Source: Mytilus edulis (lineage: Eukaryota). From it: 64,000 nucleotides of DNA. Made by a program: the position numbers and the translations under genes. The notes below the pieces were generated by a model that worked only from the letters and a program-made list of their open reading frames with translations, ran no database searches and was not told where the DNA came from. The number at the start of each line of letters is the position of its first letter. Position 1 is the first letter of the stretch. This document shows, piece after piece, positions 28,734 to 41,256 of the stretch. The stretch lies in assembly GCF_963676685.1 (NCBI RefSeq), contig NC_092352.1, forward strand, positions 31,434,001-31,498,000. The letters run 5' to 3'.

Positions 28734-29700
28734 TAAAGGCAACAGTAGTATACCACTGTTCAAAATTCACAAGTCGATAAAAAAAAAACAGATTCGGGTT
28801 CCAAACTAATAAAGGCAACAGTAGTATACCGATGTTCAAACTCATAAATCCATGGACAAAAAACAAAATCGGGGCAACAAACTAAAACCGAGGGAAACGC
28901 ATTAAATATAAGAGGAGAACAACGACACAACACTACAATGTAACACACACAGAAACGGAACAAGCAACAGACAAAATCCCACGAGAATAACAAATATAAC
29001 ACCAAAACCAAAAACATGAATTTGGGATAGACAAGTAACGTGACACGTCTTATCGCAATGTGAATTTACACTCAAAAATAAGAGAAAACAAACGACGCAA
29101 CGTTAAATTGTAACACATACAGAAACGAACTATAATATAGCAATGGTCATATTCCTAACTTGGTACAGGACATTTTTAAAGAAAAAAATGGCGGGTTGAA
29201 CCTGGTTTTGTGGCATGCCAAACCTCACCTTTTATAGCCATGTGAAATGTAACATTAAGATGACAACTCAACACTACAGGACTACAATATAAATAAATTG
29301 GAGAATACAATTGACAAAGAAACACACGAACAAAAGCCAACAAAAGGCAACAAGTTGAACATTTTAATACGCCAGAAGTGCATTTTATCCACACAAATCT
29401 ACTAGTGATGCCCAGATACAAAAGTTTGAAAGCCGAAACAAGCACAAAGTCGAACAGCATCGAGGACCAAAAGATCAAAAAAGTTGTGCCAAAAACGGCC
29501 AGGGTTGTCTGTTAGTTACCAGAACATCCTTATCATTTAGAATAATTTATACTTTAGCAAACAGTAAATTTATAAAATTAGTAAACAAAAGCTGTACATG
29601 ATAGAACTGAAATATTAACTAATTACAAGAAACAACTGAAATACATTACATAACCAGACATTTGCAACACAATATGTAGACACATCCGAATATGTTTTAA
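28734..29700 (+). mobile_element. Long copy of the aaaggcaacagtagtatacc repeat family, with decayed hammerhead on the - strand
   Basis: Near-identical inverted copy at ~44630-45230. The 5' ~70 bp is duplicated (28734 and 28810). Confidence 0.8.
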
Positions 29701-31377
29701 CCTCAACGCCAAGTGACGTGATATTTGAAATTGTAAAAAATGACAAAAAATGATGACGTCATTTGAATTTGTAAAACAGATCATCAAAAAATGAAAAATA
29801 ACTTCATTTGAATGAATAAGATAGAACTAGGACTGACCCAAGATTACATTTGAACTGAGGGAAACTGAGGGAAACTATCAAATAACATTTTAATGGTGTG
29901 TGTTCTGTTGTGTCGTAGAGAACTTGGTACAGGTCATTTTAAGAAAAAAATTGTGGCATGCCAAAGCTCCCGCTTTTATGGCAATGCTAAATATAAATTC
30001 AAAATGACAATATTACACGACATGACTACAATACAAATAAATGGGAGAACATATAGAACAGAGAAACACACGAATAATAGCTAACAAAAGGTACCAGGTT
30101 TAAATTTTAATACGCTAGACGCGGGTTTCGTCCACACAAGACTAACCAGTGACGCTCAGATAAAAAAAAGTACGAAAGCCAAAGCAAGTACAGAATAATT
30201 CATACTTTTGCAAACAGAATTTTTGTATAAAATGACTATGTAATAGATATACATGATTAAGCTGAAGTGGTGACTAACTACAGAATAAAAACGGATACAT
30301 TACATAAAACAACCTAAACCAAAAGATCTGTATTAAACAGCATTCCGTAATGATATAAAAACGTACAAGCTTCCTGCCTTTCAACGGGCACTTACATATG
30401 TTTTTTTAAGTATTCAACCTACACTTTGTTTGGACCAGTAATATAATTAAAGAATTAGACAGTAAGCAAACAAAAAGCATTTGCTTCAACATTACCGGCA
30501 TTACATGCCACGAATATATAGTTACACACAAAGCAATTTTAAAAAACTCATTAAATTGCATGTTGGAAAGAAAAAAAATCTTCTGATGTTAAATAAAGGA
30601 AACAGTAGTATACCGCTGTTCAAAACTCGTAAATCTATGGACAAAAAACAAAATCGGATAACAAACTTAAACTGAGGGAAACGCATTAAATATAAGAGGA
30701 GAACAACGACACAACATTAAAATGTAACACACACAGAAACGGACTAAGCATTAGACAAACTCCGATTAGAATAACAAATATAACATCAAAACCAAATACA
30801 TGAATTTGGGATAGAAAAGTACCGTGACACGTCTTATGGTAATGTTAATTCACACTAAAATATAAGAGAAAATAAACGACTTACCGGAAACACAACGTTA
30901 AAAATGCAACACACACAGAAACGAACTATAATATAAGAATGGCTATTTTCCTGACTTCGTACAGGACATTTTTAAAGAAAAAAATGGTGGGTTGAAGTTT
31001 CTTGAATTGAGGTAAAGCAAAGCAAAAACAAAAACTTAACATTCAGTTTTAAATTTTAAAGAATGGTGTTCCCGTCTGTTGAACGTGTCACGTTAATACA
31101 GATATTTGATATACCGAATGAAAGAGGAAAGAAAGATATCATAGTGCCATTCAAAAGCATAGTGACATTCTTGTTCTTGTTCATTCACATAATATATTAT
31201 CAAAAAAGAATTAAACAAATGTTCCTATTAAAAGTTCTCAAAATCGAATATTTTGACAAAGAAAAGCTATGGCTAGTATAATAAATTAACAGCATCGAAT
31301 TTGTCTAGAAAATATGCATCTAATTCAGTTTGGTAGAAATTGTGTCCAACTGAATTTTGTCTCCATTTTTTATTTTG

Positions 31378-31941
31378 TTATATAAAAGTTAAGGACTGAG
31401 TTTCTTCCCAGATCTGCAACCGACCGGAATCTGTATTTGGATAAAACCCATAACAACAAAAATATTCATACCCAGAATCATCAGAATCACTACAACTGTT
31501 GTCAGAGTCTGGTACAACTCCGGTGAATTCTATCAGTTTTAAACATGAAGCTGGTACCTTACCCACTAGTAAAACTTCCTGGTGACTTTCTGCAAATTTG
31601 TGTAACTTTTCATTTATCTCTTTGTCATTTGTCTCGTATTTTTTCCTTAATATATTTGTTGTCAAATCAATTATTGTTACGTTTTCTGGTAAACTTGCAA
31701 CGTCGATTTCAGCAATGTGCTTCATACACCATTTATATTCACTGTTTAGTTTCAAACTTCTAAAAGATTCTGCTTTGTAAAGTGATGCACAGATGGAAAT
31801 ATACTGAGAAGAATAACCTCTATTACTGCCGGTTGCAACATGAGTAGCGACATCTTTCCTGGCATTTAGTGATTTAGCGGATAGTCCCTTTAATATATCT
31901 TCATTATCATAAAGTAATCTGTATAACTTTGGAATATTTAT
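31378..31941 (-). CDS. ADP-ribosyltransferase-like exon A (R-S-E type), orphan terminal exon
   Basis: Acceptor tttcag|31941, phase 0, open for 187 aa: LYRLL...HVATG...QYISIC...HQEVLLVGKVP plus Ser/Asp tail. No co-oriented exon 1 or 2 found before gene B. Confidence 0.75.
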   Translation of the reverse strand: MNIPKLYRLLYDNEDILKGLSAKSLNARKDVATHVATGSNRGYSSQYISICASLYKAESFRSLKLNSEYKWCMKHIAEIDVASLPENVTIIDLTTNILRKKYETNDKEINEKLHKFAESHQEVLLVGKVPASCLKLIEFTGVVPDSDNSCSDSDDSGYEYFCCYGFYPNTDSGRLQIWEETQSLTFI

Positions 31942-33314
31942 CTGAAAAGATGTAAACAATGACAGTTTAAGGAATACCGTTTTAGATATGAAAAATATAA
32001 ACTTTTGTCTAACAGTTTTTCTCTCTCCGAAGTTTATGATTTGGACGTTCCTGATGACAGGAAATCAAGGAAAGTGTTTCGAACACATCATAATATAATT
32101 TACTTTTAGTCTTACAACGTTTAATACTGTAATCAGAAATAAAAGTTTTTTATTTCGACTTTTTTTTAATATTCAAATAAAAAGGTACAACAAGAAAGAA
32201 AAAATAAGTTTATCAATACAGTACTTTACATGAAATAGGATAGTCTGCTCTTTGTTCAAACGACTACATATGAAAAGGGAAATAACAGTCCACAACATGC
32301 TACACAGAAAGTAAAGATTGGCCTGCACCCACCATAAACAAAATGTAACTCTGTTATGTTATTGGAGTGTGCAAGAATTTCTACTCAACTTGATTTATAA
32401 TTAGCACCAAACGTATTACTAATGATATTGAAAAATCTTGTAAATAAGAACGAAATTTGCTTTGGCAAATGTAAAATGCTAAGCATTATTTTCTGTGCAC
32501 CAGGTATTCTTTAACGTCAAGATACATCATATCGAGAGAAACACATCAGCTATAAGAGGAACACAACGGAGCAACATAAACATTGAAGTGCAACAAAAGC
32601 AAACGCCAACAAACATAGAAACGGACAATTAGATAATAACTGCCATACTCTTTTTTTTCTTAAGAAAGAATGGAGGGTTGAATCTGTTTTAATTGCTAGC
32701 CAAGCATCCCGGTTATATGACAATGTTAAAATGACACCCACGTCGCGACATACGAACACAAGACAACGCAGTACAGTGAACGCATAAATGAATGATATAA
32801 TTGTACATTGCTTACATGTAAACCCCAGAATAACAACGAACATATTTGATTAATGACCGTATGTAACTACTGAATTAGTGATGTAAATATAATCTTGAAA
32901 TTCATACAGTTGAAGGGAACGAGATCGGAAATTCAGCAATTACACACTCCTAGTCCAAAACATTATCAAGATTATGACGGTATTAAAAGGCTTTTTTAAT
33001 TAATGCTGTGACCATGTCATATATTTTGACTAACATAATACTAATTTATTCATGGAATCTGGAAATTAACTCGACTATACTGGCGAGTGTTTTAAGCCTC
33101 TATTTCTCATTTCTAGTTCCCAGATTTAGCCTGCTTTATGATTTTTTACGAGAGTTAATACTCTGCTTATGCCTGTCGGCGGCAAACAGTTAGTGTTTTC
33201 TACCATACATGTTCAAATAGATAGATATATAGTCCCTCCAGACAACAAAAGGATTGAGGTCTACGACGTGACAATAACCAACTCATCATTTTTAATTTAT
33301 CATTCTGTACGCAG

Positions 33315-33736
33315 ATTTTGAAAGGACTCGCACGTTATTGTAGTGACGAATACATTAGGAAAGTGTAGACGTGCCTCTTCACCATCACTTACAGATGATT
33401 CGGTCATAAAGAAAATTAAAACTAACTGACAGTGTGATAAACCTGTTTCTGAAGAAGAAAAGGATGACGAAAATGTATCAAAACCTGTGAAAACCTCACC
33501 GACAGATGAAACGGGCATACAAATAACCAAAAACAGACTATGATAAATCTGAAACTAACTTGAAGGATAGAAGCCATGCAGAAAACATACCACAACCTGT
33601 AAAAATATCGCCATCACTGACGAATGAACCAGATCAATACATAAAGGAAACCAATCCTGACTGCGATAAACCTGAAACTGAAGAAGAAAACGACGAAGAA
33701 AATATTCTACGACCTGTGAAAAGGCGAGAAGAAGCG
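33315..33736 (+). pseudogene. Inverted, disrupted copy of ART-gene exon 2 (three repeat units)
   Basis: gcag|33315 ... GTGAAAAGGCGAGAAGAAGCG|GTAA at 33736. Homologous to exon 2 of B/C/D (TNTLGK, SPSLTD, CDKPETEEENDEENI) but on the + strand, with stops and frameshifts. Confidence 0.8.
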
Positions 33737-35059
33737 GTAATTTTTAACATCTTATTTTACCCTTAAAATGTCATACATATGAATTGGGAATTTTCGCGTT
33801 ATCATAAATGTTGTCATTAGTTATATTAACCTCAATACTAGGAGTCTGTTCCTCCGCTCGTCAAACAAATATGTCTGTCTTAATTTTTTGAGGTACTACT
33901 TAACAGGGTATCTTTGTATTTGGTCAGCAGCTTTGAAGTGATAATTTGTGATTAAGTAAACTGATGCGTTTAGAGCAGTTCTGGCAATTAGTAAAATGTT
34001 CATTAGGTCAAATTATATCACCCATGCCATAATGAATCTAACAACTCATTGTTAACTTTAAGCAAATTTTGCAGTTTTTGGTTATTAGAAAAAAAAAATA
34101 TAAACAGCAAAAATGTTAATCAAAATAAATCTATAAATAAGTTGATATGATCAAAATTGTTGATTGACCCATCAAGGAGTTATAGCTCTTTAAGGAAAAG
34201 TTTAAACAATTTGTTTATCATATTTTCAAACTTCAAAAAATCTTCTCCTTCGAAACTGCTTAATCATTTCCAGCCGCTCTTAAGCTGAATGAGTTCAGAG
34301 TACATTGTTATTGATGATTTCGTATTTAGTTCTCCTTGACACTTGCATTATCAATTTACAAATTTATTCATGTTTTAATACTTTAATATAGTTGTACTGT
34401 TGCAAATCTTTCTCTCTCTCACAAAATCATTTTAAAAAACCCAACACGTTTATGTATCTTTAATTAGAAGAAAGTACCAATACAACTTCTAAAATTCTGG
34501 TACGATAAAATGACTTTCTCTGTCGAATTATGAATTTCAAACAGGGTATACTACTGTTGCCTTTATTTCCTTCTGTTGACTGTAGTTTGTCTCATTATTG
34601 GAAATGTAGCAATTGATTTATCGAAAATATGATGACATGATAAAGCACACAACACAAAGCTGACAGTGAAAATCTAAATTCCTATTTCATATATTTTACT
34701 CATAATTTCGGCTTCAAAGGTAAAGAACGAAAACTCGGTGAATACGTAAAAAAATAAAAAAAAGTATGAATACATTAACACTTCCTATTTTCCAAATATT
34801 TTAAGAGTGAAACATTTTGAATTCAGATTAAATCAATAAATATGTGCCGTAGTATGAATTTTTTAAAGTGTGATAACATTTTGTTTGTTTCAAGAGTGTG
34901 GAAACATTACATCTACTTAGTTTATTTTTATTTCAGATGTCTTTCATCTTTCTCTACTCATATCATGAGTTTATCCTGTTAAAAAAAAAACTAAAAATAA
35001 AATGACTTTGCACCACAAGCAGATTGAAACTTCAAACTGTTTGTTTTTAATTATTTTAT

Positions 35060-36430
35060 AATGAACTAGACAATGAGAATTCCCTTGATAGTGATATATC
35101 GTATGAAGAAGTGTATAAGGTTCTGTTGTCACAGTTAAACTTTATAAGACCTACACAACTGCATTGTTAGCGTGAACTCAGTTTTTGAATAGTTGCCAAA
35201 AAGCTCTACTGCATATCCAAGACACTCTATGAAAAAACATTAGCTTCTATGTCTTTTAATCTGTACTGTACTGTACTTAATTGACGCATTACTAGTCAGT
35301 GGTTTAAGGAAGGAACGAAATACTATAGATCTTATTCCTACTTGAACTACGAATACAGTAATATAAAACAAGATAACCACATAAATTATCACCATCTGTA
35401 GCATTTGTTGATTTCATAGAAGCACATTCATTGATAGTTAGAGAACTTTTGTGTAAACAGCAAAATAATGAGCAGTAAAATCTTGAATGCTATTTTCCAC
35501 TGTATAAAACCATATATTCATGTTTGTAATTAACTGGCTGTTCTACTGATTGGTTTATGATCAAATATGATTTCATACAAGGGTGTCTACTCTCTCCAAT
35601 TGTGTTTTACATTTTTTAATGACTTTGTCAATTAAATTAAATATTGCATGATGGAATTAATATTGATGATGAAAACATTTGTTTTTTGTATTTCGTTATG
35701 CAGGTGATCTTGTATTTTTAACTGAATTTTTAACTGAATATGAGAAAGACCTTCAAAAGGTTTAACACACTTTAAATTTGTTGTGCTGTAAAAACGATTT
35801 TGTCGTTAGTCCAGAGAAATAAAAAAAAGTGTACATTTCAGGACACATAAGTCATATGTCTATTTGTTGAAAAAAAAAGAAAGAAATATTTGTATATGGA
35901 TATGCCTATTAAATTTGGAGATATATATGTAAAATTCAGGTGTGCTGTTGTGCCTTTGGTTAAAACAAACTAGTCGTTACGTATATCAATCAGTCAATCA
36001 ATCAATCAATTTAATCAAAATCAATCATATTACGTACTTTGTTTAACCTATTTTTAATTTACTTTATATTATGTTTAAAAATTATATTGTAATTATTCTG
36101 CTCATTTTGGGCGTCGTGGTTGGCAAATAAAATATTTTTTTGTTGTTTGTTTGTTCGTATATTGTTATTGAAAATAAATTGTGTTTTATAAACAATCTAG
36201 TTGAAATAATGACATTGTTGATGAGAAACATATACTACTGAATTGCAAAGTTAATGCATAATTCGTGGCAATTTAATTTAGCTATATAAGCTCTTACAAT
36301 TGCGATTTTGTAAATTTGTCTGATGATGATAAACCAAGGATTTTCTGCACTGATGAAGGTTTATGCTAAAGATGTTGCCAAAATCTGCAACCATGCATGT
36401 GTTTACAAGACAAAAAGTATCTTATACAAT
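35060..36430 (+). mobile_element. Highly decayed LINE reverse-transcriptase remnant
   Basis: Fragmentary motifs: DISYEEVYK (~35095), AFVDF (~35401), QG.LLSP (~35578), YAGDLV (YADD-like, ~35697). No open frame. Confidence 0.55.
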
Positions 36431-36866
36431 TGTAGATAATTGTGTGTTTTGCAGAAACGATTTCATAATCTCTGAAAATCTTTTTTTATAGCGTCTCATT
36501 GTTTTTAAATGATATTGCGATGTCTTTTCTAATTTGGTGTTTGTTTTTAAAATTAATAATGATTATTATCTAAAACTTAAACACAATCGGTAAATAATTG
36601 ATAATTTAAATGTACTAGTAAGTTTTTATTGAAGCAAGTGACAGTTTAAGACAATATTAATAGCATTGTCTAGCGAAAGATGCTAACTGTCCAAAATAAG
36701 CTGACAAAGACAAGGCTAATAAGAAAATAACAGTATACAAATACACAGCATAGAAACTAAAGCCAGAACAACACAAATCCCACTAAACATTGAGGTGTTC
36801 TCAGGTGCTTAGAAAACATGCATCAGTTTGTATCCGTTTTTTGTTTGCTATTTCTGGCTAGAACTT

Positions 36867-37379
36867 TTACCAGTCTGAATCCGACCCACTATACTCCGAA
36901 TCATCTGAAACGATATCATCAGGATCACACCAACTGGTGTCCGAGTCTGGAACAACTCCGGTGAATTTTATTAATTTTAAACATGAGGCTGGAACCGTAC
37001 CTATCAGTAAAACTTCCTGGTGACATTCTGCAAATTTATTGAATCTTTCATTTACATCTTTGTCATTTATCTCGTGGTTTTTCCTCAATTTATTTGTTCT
37101 CAAATCAATTATTGTTACGTCTTCTGGTAAACTTCCAACGTCGATTTCAGCAATGTCCTTCGTACCCCATCTATATTTACTGTTCAGTTTTAAACTCCTC
37201 AACGATTCTGCTTTGAAAAGTGATGAACATGTTGAAATGTACTGAGAAGAATATTCTTGTGTACTTCCAGTTGCAACATGGGTAGCAACTTTTTCCTTTT
37301 TATCTGGTGATTTTGCTGATAATCCCTGAGTTATATCTTCATTCTCACGAAGTAATCGGTACAAGTTTGCAAATTTTTC
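36867..37379 (-). CDS. ART-like gene B, exon 3 (catalytic domain plus acidic tail)
   Basis: Acceptor attatcag|37379, phase 0. LYRLLR...QYISTCSS...HQEVLLIGTVP...SDSDW*. Confidence 0.85.
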   Translation of the reverse strand, partial: EKFANLYRLLRENEDITQGLSAKSPDKKEKVATHVATGSTQEYSSQYISTCSSLFKAESLRSLKLNSKYRWGTKDIAEIDVGSLPEDVTIIDLRTNKLRKNHEINDKDVNERFNKFAECHQEVLLIGTVPASCLKLIKFTGVVPDSDTSWCDPDDIVSDDSEYSGSDSDW

Positions 37380-37799
37380 CTGATAATTAGAACAAAAATA
37401 GTAAATCAATTTTAAAACATGTAAATCGGCAAAATTAAATCGCGACTATTTAATAACAAAAATAATATCATGGTTAAGTAGATTTGTTTTACTTGCTTAG
37501 GATACAACTCTTTAGATTGATAAACTAGTAATTACATTACATATATGATGAGTTGCGAATAATTCCGTAATTTTGATTGAGCGAAGTATTTCTTTCCGTG
37601 ACAATGTTGTTACAATGCATCGTACCTTTGTATTCTTGTCGTTCATTTTTGCTACTATCTTTTTTTTTTTTTTTTTTTTGCGTTTCTTTGTGACATATGC
37701 AGTGACTCTGTTGTTATACATTCCGTCATGATGTTATTATGCTATGGTTAATGTGTGTTTACTTTTTTGTTTGTTTTTATAGTGATCAAGATTATTAAC

Positions 37800-38095
37800 A
37801 TAATGTTGACGGCTGCACCCCTATTTTTGACATTTTTATTTATTATCTCTGTTTCTTTTGTTCACATATCGTTGTCAATGTAATATACTTTTATATGATT
37901 GTCGTACAAGTGAGACGGTTAGCTGGCTTCAAAACCAGGTTTGATCTACCATTTCCTTAAAAAAAATGCATGTACCAAATCAGGAATATGACAGTTGTTA
38001 TCCATTCATTTGATGTGTTTCATCTGTTTGCCATTTGATAAGGGACTTTCCGTTTGAAATTTTCCTCGGGGTTCAGTATTTTTGTGATGTAACCT
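37800..38095 (+). repeat. Dispersed repeat (also ~39140-39430; 3' part at ~7470-7520)
   Basis: Shared ...tacaagtgaga.g.ttagc..aaaacca..tgtaccaa..aggaat.tgacag..actttccgttt.gaa.tttt.ctcgg.gtt..gtatttt. Confidence 0.7.
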
Positions 38096-40461
38096 TTTAA
38101 TCGTTATTTCATGAAATTATTATGAAATTTAATGCCAGATCCACACTTCCTAAAAGTCTATTAAGAGCATGTGTCGCTAGCCTAGGTATACTAAAAATCT
38201 TCAACGATATGGCCTAGAATAGACTTCCTTATTTGAAGTTCCCGTCCTGCTGTTCAGTTTTGCTAGTTTAAGTTTTTATTTATGTATCTATTATAGCGTT
38301 TTTCGGAAATGGGGGGGAAGAACCGCAAAAAAATGTAAAAGTCATTTATTCTTATAGGAATCTTCAGACGATTTAAAGGTTACAATTCTGATTGTAGATC
38401 TTGTCTTCTTTGCTTATTTTAATTTTGATCTTTGCATGACAGTTTTTTTTTTAGATACATGTAATCGGCAATTATGACAAAATTTGATAAAAGTCGTCGA
38501 AATTGTCATTTTCCCCAATAAGGAGTCATCAGAAGATTTTGTACGGCACTTATTTGTAGATCTTGTCTTTTTGATACTTTTTCGTGAATAATAATCTGTT
38601 TGTTATAAGGTTTTTTTTAGACATTGAGCAGAACAAAATAGGTAGAGGGAAATAACTTAGATAAAAAAGAATAGATAAAAGATCTCATCATTTGGATCAT
38701 ATTTGCCCCCGACAGATTTTCTCCATTCATTGCTGTTTTCAAGATGACAGACCAAACATGCATGTTATATTTAGCCATTTCAGTCATGTTATTAGGCAAG
38801 CAGGGCCATCGGATACATTTAAACTAGATACATTTATGGTTGTGGTCTTGTTTTATTAATTCGGTCAAGTAGTTTTAGAGGAGAAGATATTCATAAGAGT
38901 AAACGACGACGACGGGCGACAAACGCCAAATGGTGAGAAAAGCTTGTTTGGCTTTGTTATCCGAGTGAGCTAAACATGTGACTCGATCGAAGCCTTTACA
39001 CCCCAATGAAATTGCGAAAAGAAGAAGTAAATTCTTAAATGAAACACTTTCTCAGAAACAAACGGGCACAACGAGTACTTCTAGTTATTTTTATTTTCTT
39101 AATTTGATAGATGCTTTTTTGCAAATGTTTGTTTTGAAATTGTAACACAGTGATGTAACCATATTTTGACTATTTTACCTATAATATGTCTGTTTTGTTC
39201 ACGCATCGTTGTAAATACAACGGATTTTGATGCGACTGTCATACAAGTGAGAGGTTTAGCGCTATAAAACCAAATTCAATCTACATGTGAAAATGTCTGT
39301 ACCAAGTGAGGAATCTGACAGGTGTTGTCTCTTCGTTTTTTTGTTTTGTTTTATCATTTGATTTTTCCATGCGATTAGGAACTTTCCGTTTTGAAGTTTT
39401 CTCGGAGTTTGGTATTTTTTTTATTTTATTTTTTGTTAGAAATTTAAAAGATCCATTTTTTTCCCTAATACAATCGGCTTTTCCATATTAATATTTTTCT
39501 GTTTTAAAATTGCTTATTTTAGGATAACTAAGTTTACAAATATCTATGGATCAAATACCATATATGTGAACAACTACATGTCATCAAACATCCATTTAGA
39601 TATGAAAACAACATCATCGTTTGGTCATGTATCTATTCAAATCTTTGGTTTTTAACGTTCAATATGTCGATACACTCGCAAAACAGCCCACAAAACGATG
39701 CACAGAAATCTAAAGATTAACCAACACCAACCCTATTAAAACATTTTTTTATTACGAAATACTTTTACAAGGAAATGAAAAATTTTGAATTCTTTTATAT
39801 AAAATGACTTGATAATTATGTAAAAACAAGGATTGAAGAAAGGTGTTCGTCCATTTCAACAGGTTCTACCGATAAAAATTCACATGTTGAAAATTGATCA
39901 TAATTTTATGAAATTTATTATATTTTCTGATATTAGTGCTAGTGAAACACATGTTTTATTGTCCCCTATCGTGGGGGTATTAGCATAGTTACAGTCCGTC
40001 TGAAATACCTTGTTAACGCAACTGTTTTGAGATCATATTTAGTATCACTTGATATAAGAAGATGTGGTATGACTGCCAATGAGATATCTCTCTCATTCAA
40101 GTCACAATTTTGTAAAAGTAAACCATTATAGGTCAAAGTGCACACACCGAATACCACAAAAAATGACATGACTTGCTGCCATGTTTAATTGACCACCTCA
40201 CCTCACACTTTGCAACTTATCACTATCGAACTTCTGATTAAAAGTGATGTGATTTTATCAAATAGCAGTGGAGAAAATTATTACAGGAATGTTTGATATT
40301 CAGACGGAAACTGTGAATGTATATTAGCCTCAAGTCATAGAGCGGGAACATTATAAATGAAAATAGTGGTGCTCTCATCTAGATTCGACCACTTAGGGGA
40401 GATAAGACTCAATTTTACTATTTCAATATAAGTTACTTTTTGGACGTGGTGAAATAATTAC

Positions 40462-40746
40462 CGCTTCTTTTCTCCTTTTCACAGCAGGTTGTGGTATTTT
40501 TTCCTCGTTGTTCTCTTCTTCTGTTTCCGGTTTATCACAGTATGTTTTGATTTTCTTTGTGACTTGTTCATCTGTCAGTGATGGTGAGGTTTTCACAGGT
40601 TGTTGCATATTTTCTTCGTCGTTCTCTTCGTCATTTTCCGGTTTATCACAGTCAGTTTTGATTTTCTTCGTGACTGATTCATCTGTTGACGATGGTGATG
40701 TTGAATTTCTACGTTTTCTTATTGTATTCGTCTCTTCTACTGTTTT
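40462..40746 (-). CDS. ART-like gene B, exon 2 (NLS-like/acidic, two 37-aa repeats)
   Basis: ctttcag|40746 to GCG|GTAA at 40462; 285 nt, open, phase 0/0. KTVEETNTIRKRRNSTSPSSTDESVTKKIKTDCDKP...VKRRKEA. Confidence 0.82.
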
Positions 40747-41193
40747 CTGAAAGTTTTAATATGATTAAAGAACGATAACTCGAAATTTAAAATGAGCAGG
40801 GAATCATGTTTTCACTTTGTAACACTATTTTTATTCACAATCCTCGCCAGAAGTTACATTGCTAAAGAATGACTATTTGTTATATTTATATTCAAATATA
40901 TACTATATAAATATAATTTAATCTAATCAACTCACCATAAGCTACATCAACTGTGATGTGAAGGCAAAACTTGACTTGATCTTTAAAAAATAATTAACCC
41001 TCTTTTAATTTCATTTGTTTATTCCTTTTGGAATAATCTTTTTTATTAATATATTCCGTATAACAAGGTGGAAATTTAAAATTACGTTAAAACAAAAATT
41101 AATACGGAAAATCAGCAAACAACATTCAACCAATACATCATTTGGATAACTAAAAACGAAGTAATAACTTTCAATAAGAGCTTCAAATGATAC

Positions 41194-41256
41194 CTCAGCT
41201 TGATTCGTCTGTATTTCGATATCTTCAGTGCAAATTGTTGCATTAATTGCTTCCAT
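41194..41256 (-). CDS. ART-like gene B, exon 1
   Basis: ATG 41256, MEAINATICTEDIEIQTNQAE|GT, 63 nt. Same length and NQAE|GT donor as in genes C and D. Confidence 0.78.

Noticed and set aside
31545-31780. Conserved + strand ORFs antisense to the ART exons (also 37039, 48237, 59803) as possible antitoxins
   Set aside because: Frames and lengths differ between copies; they are explained as shadows of the sense coding sequence.
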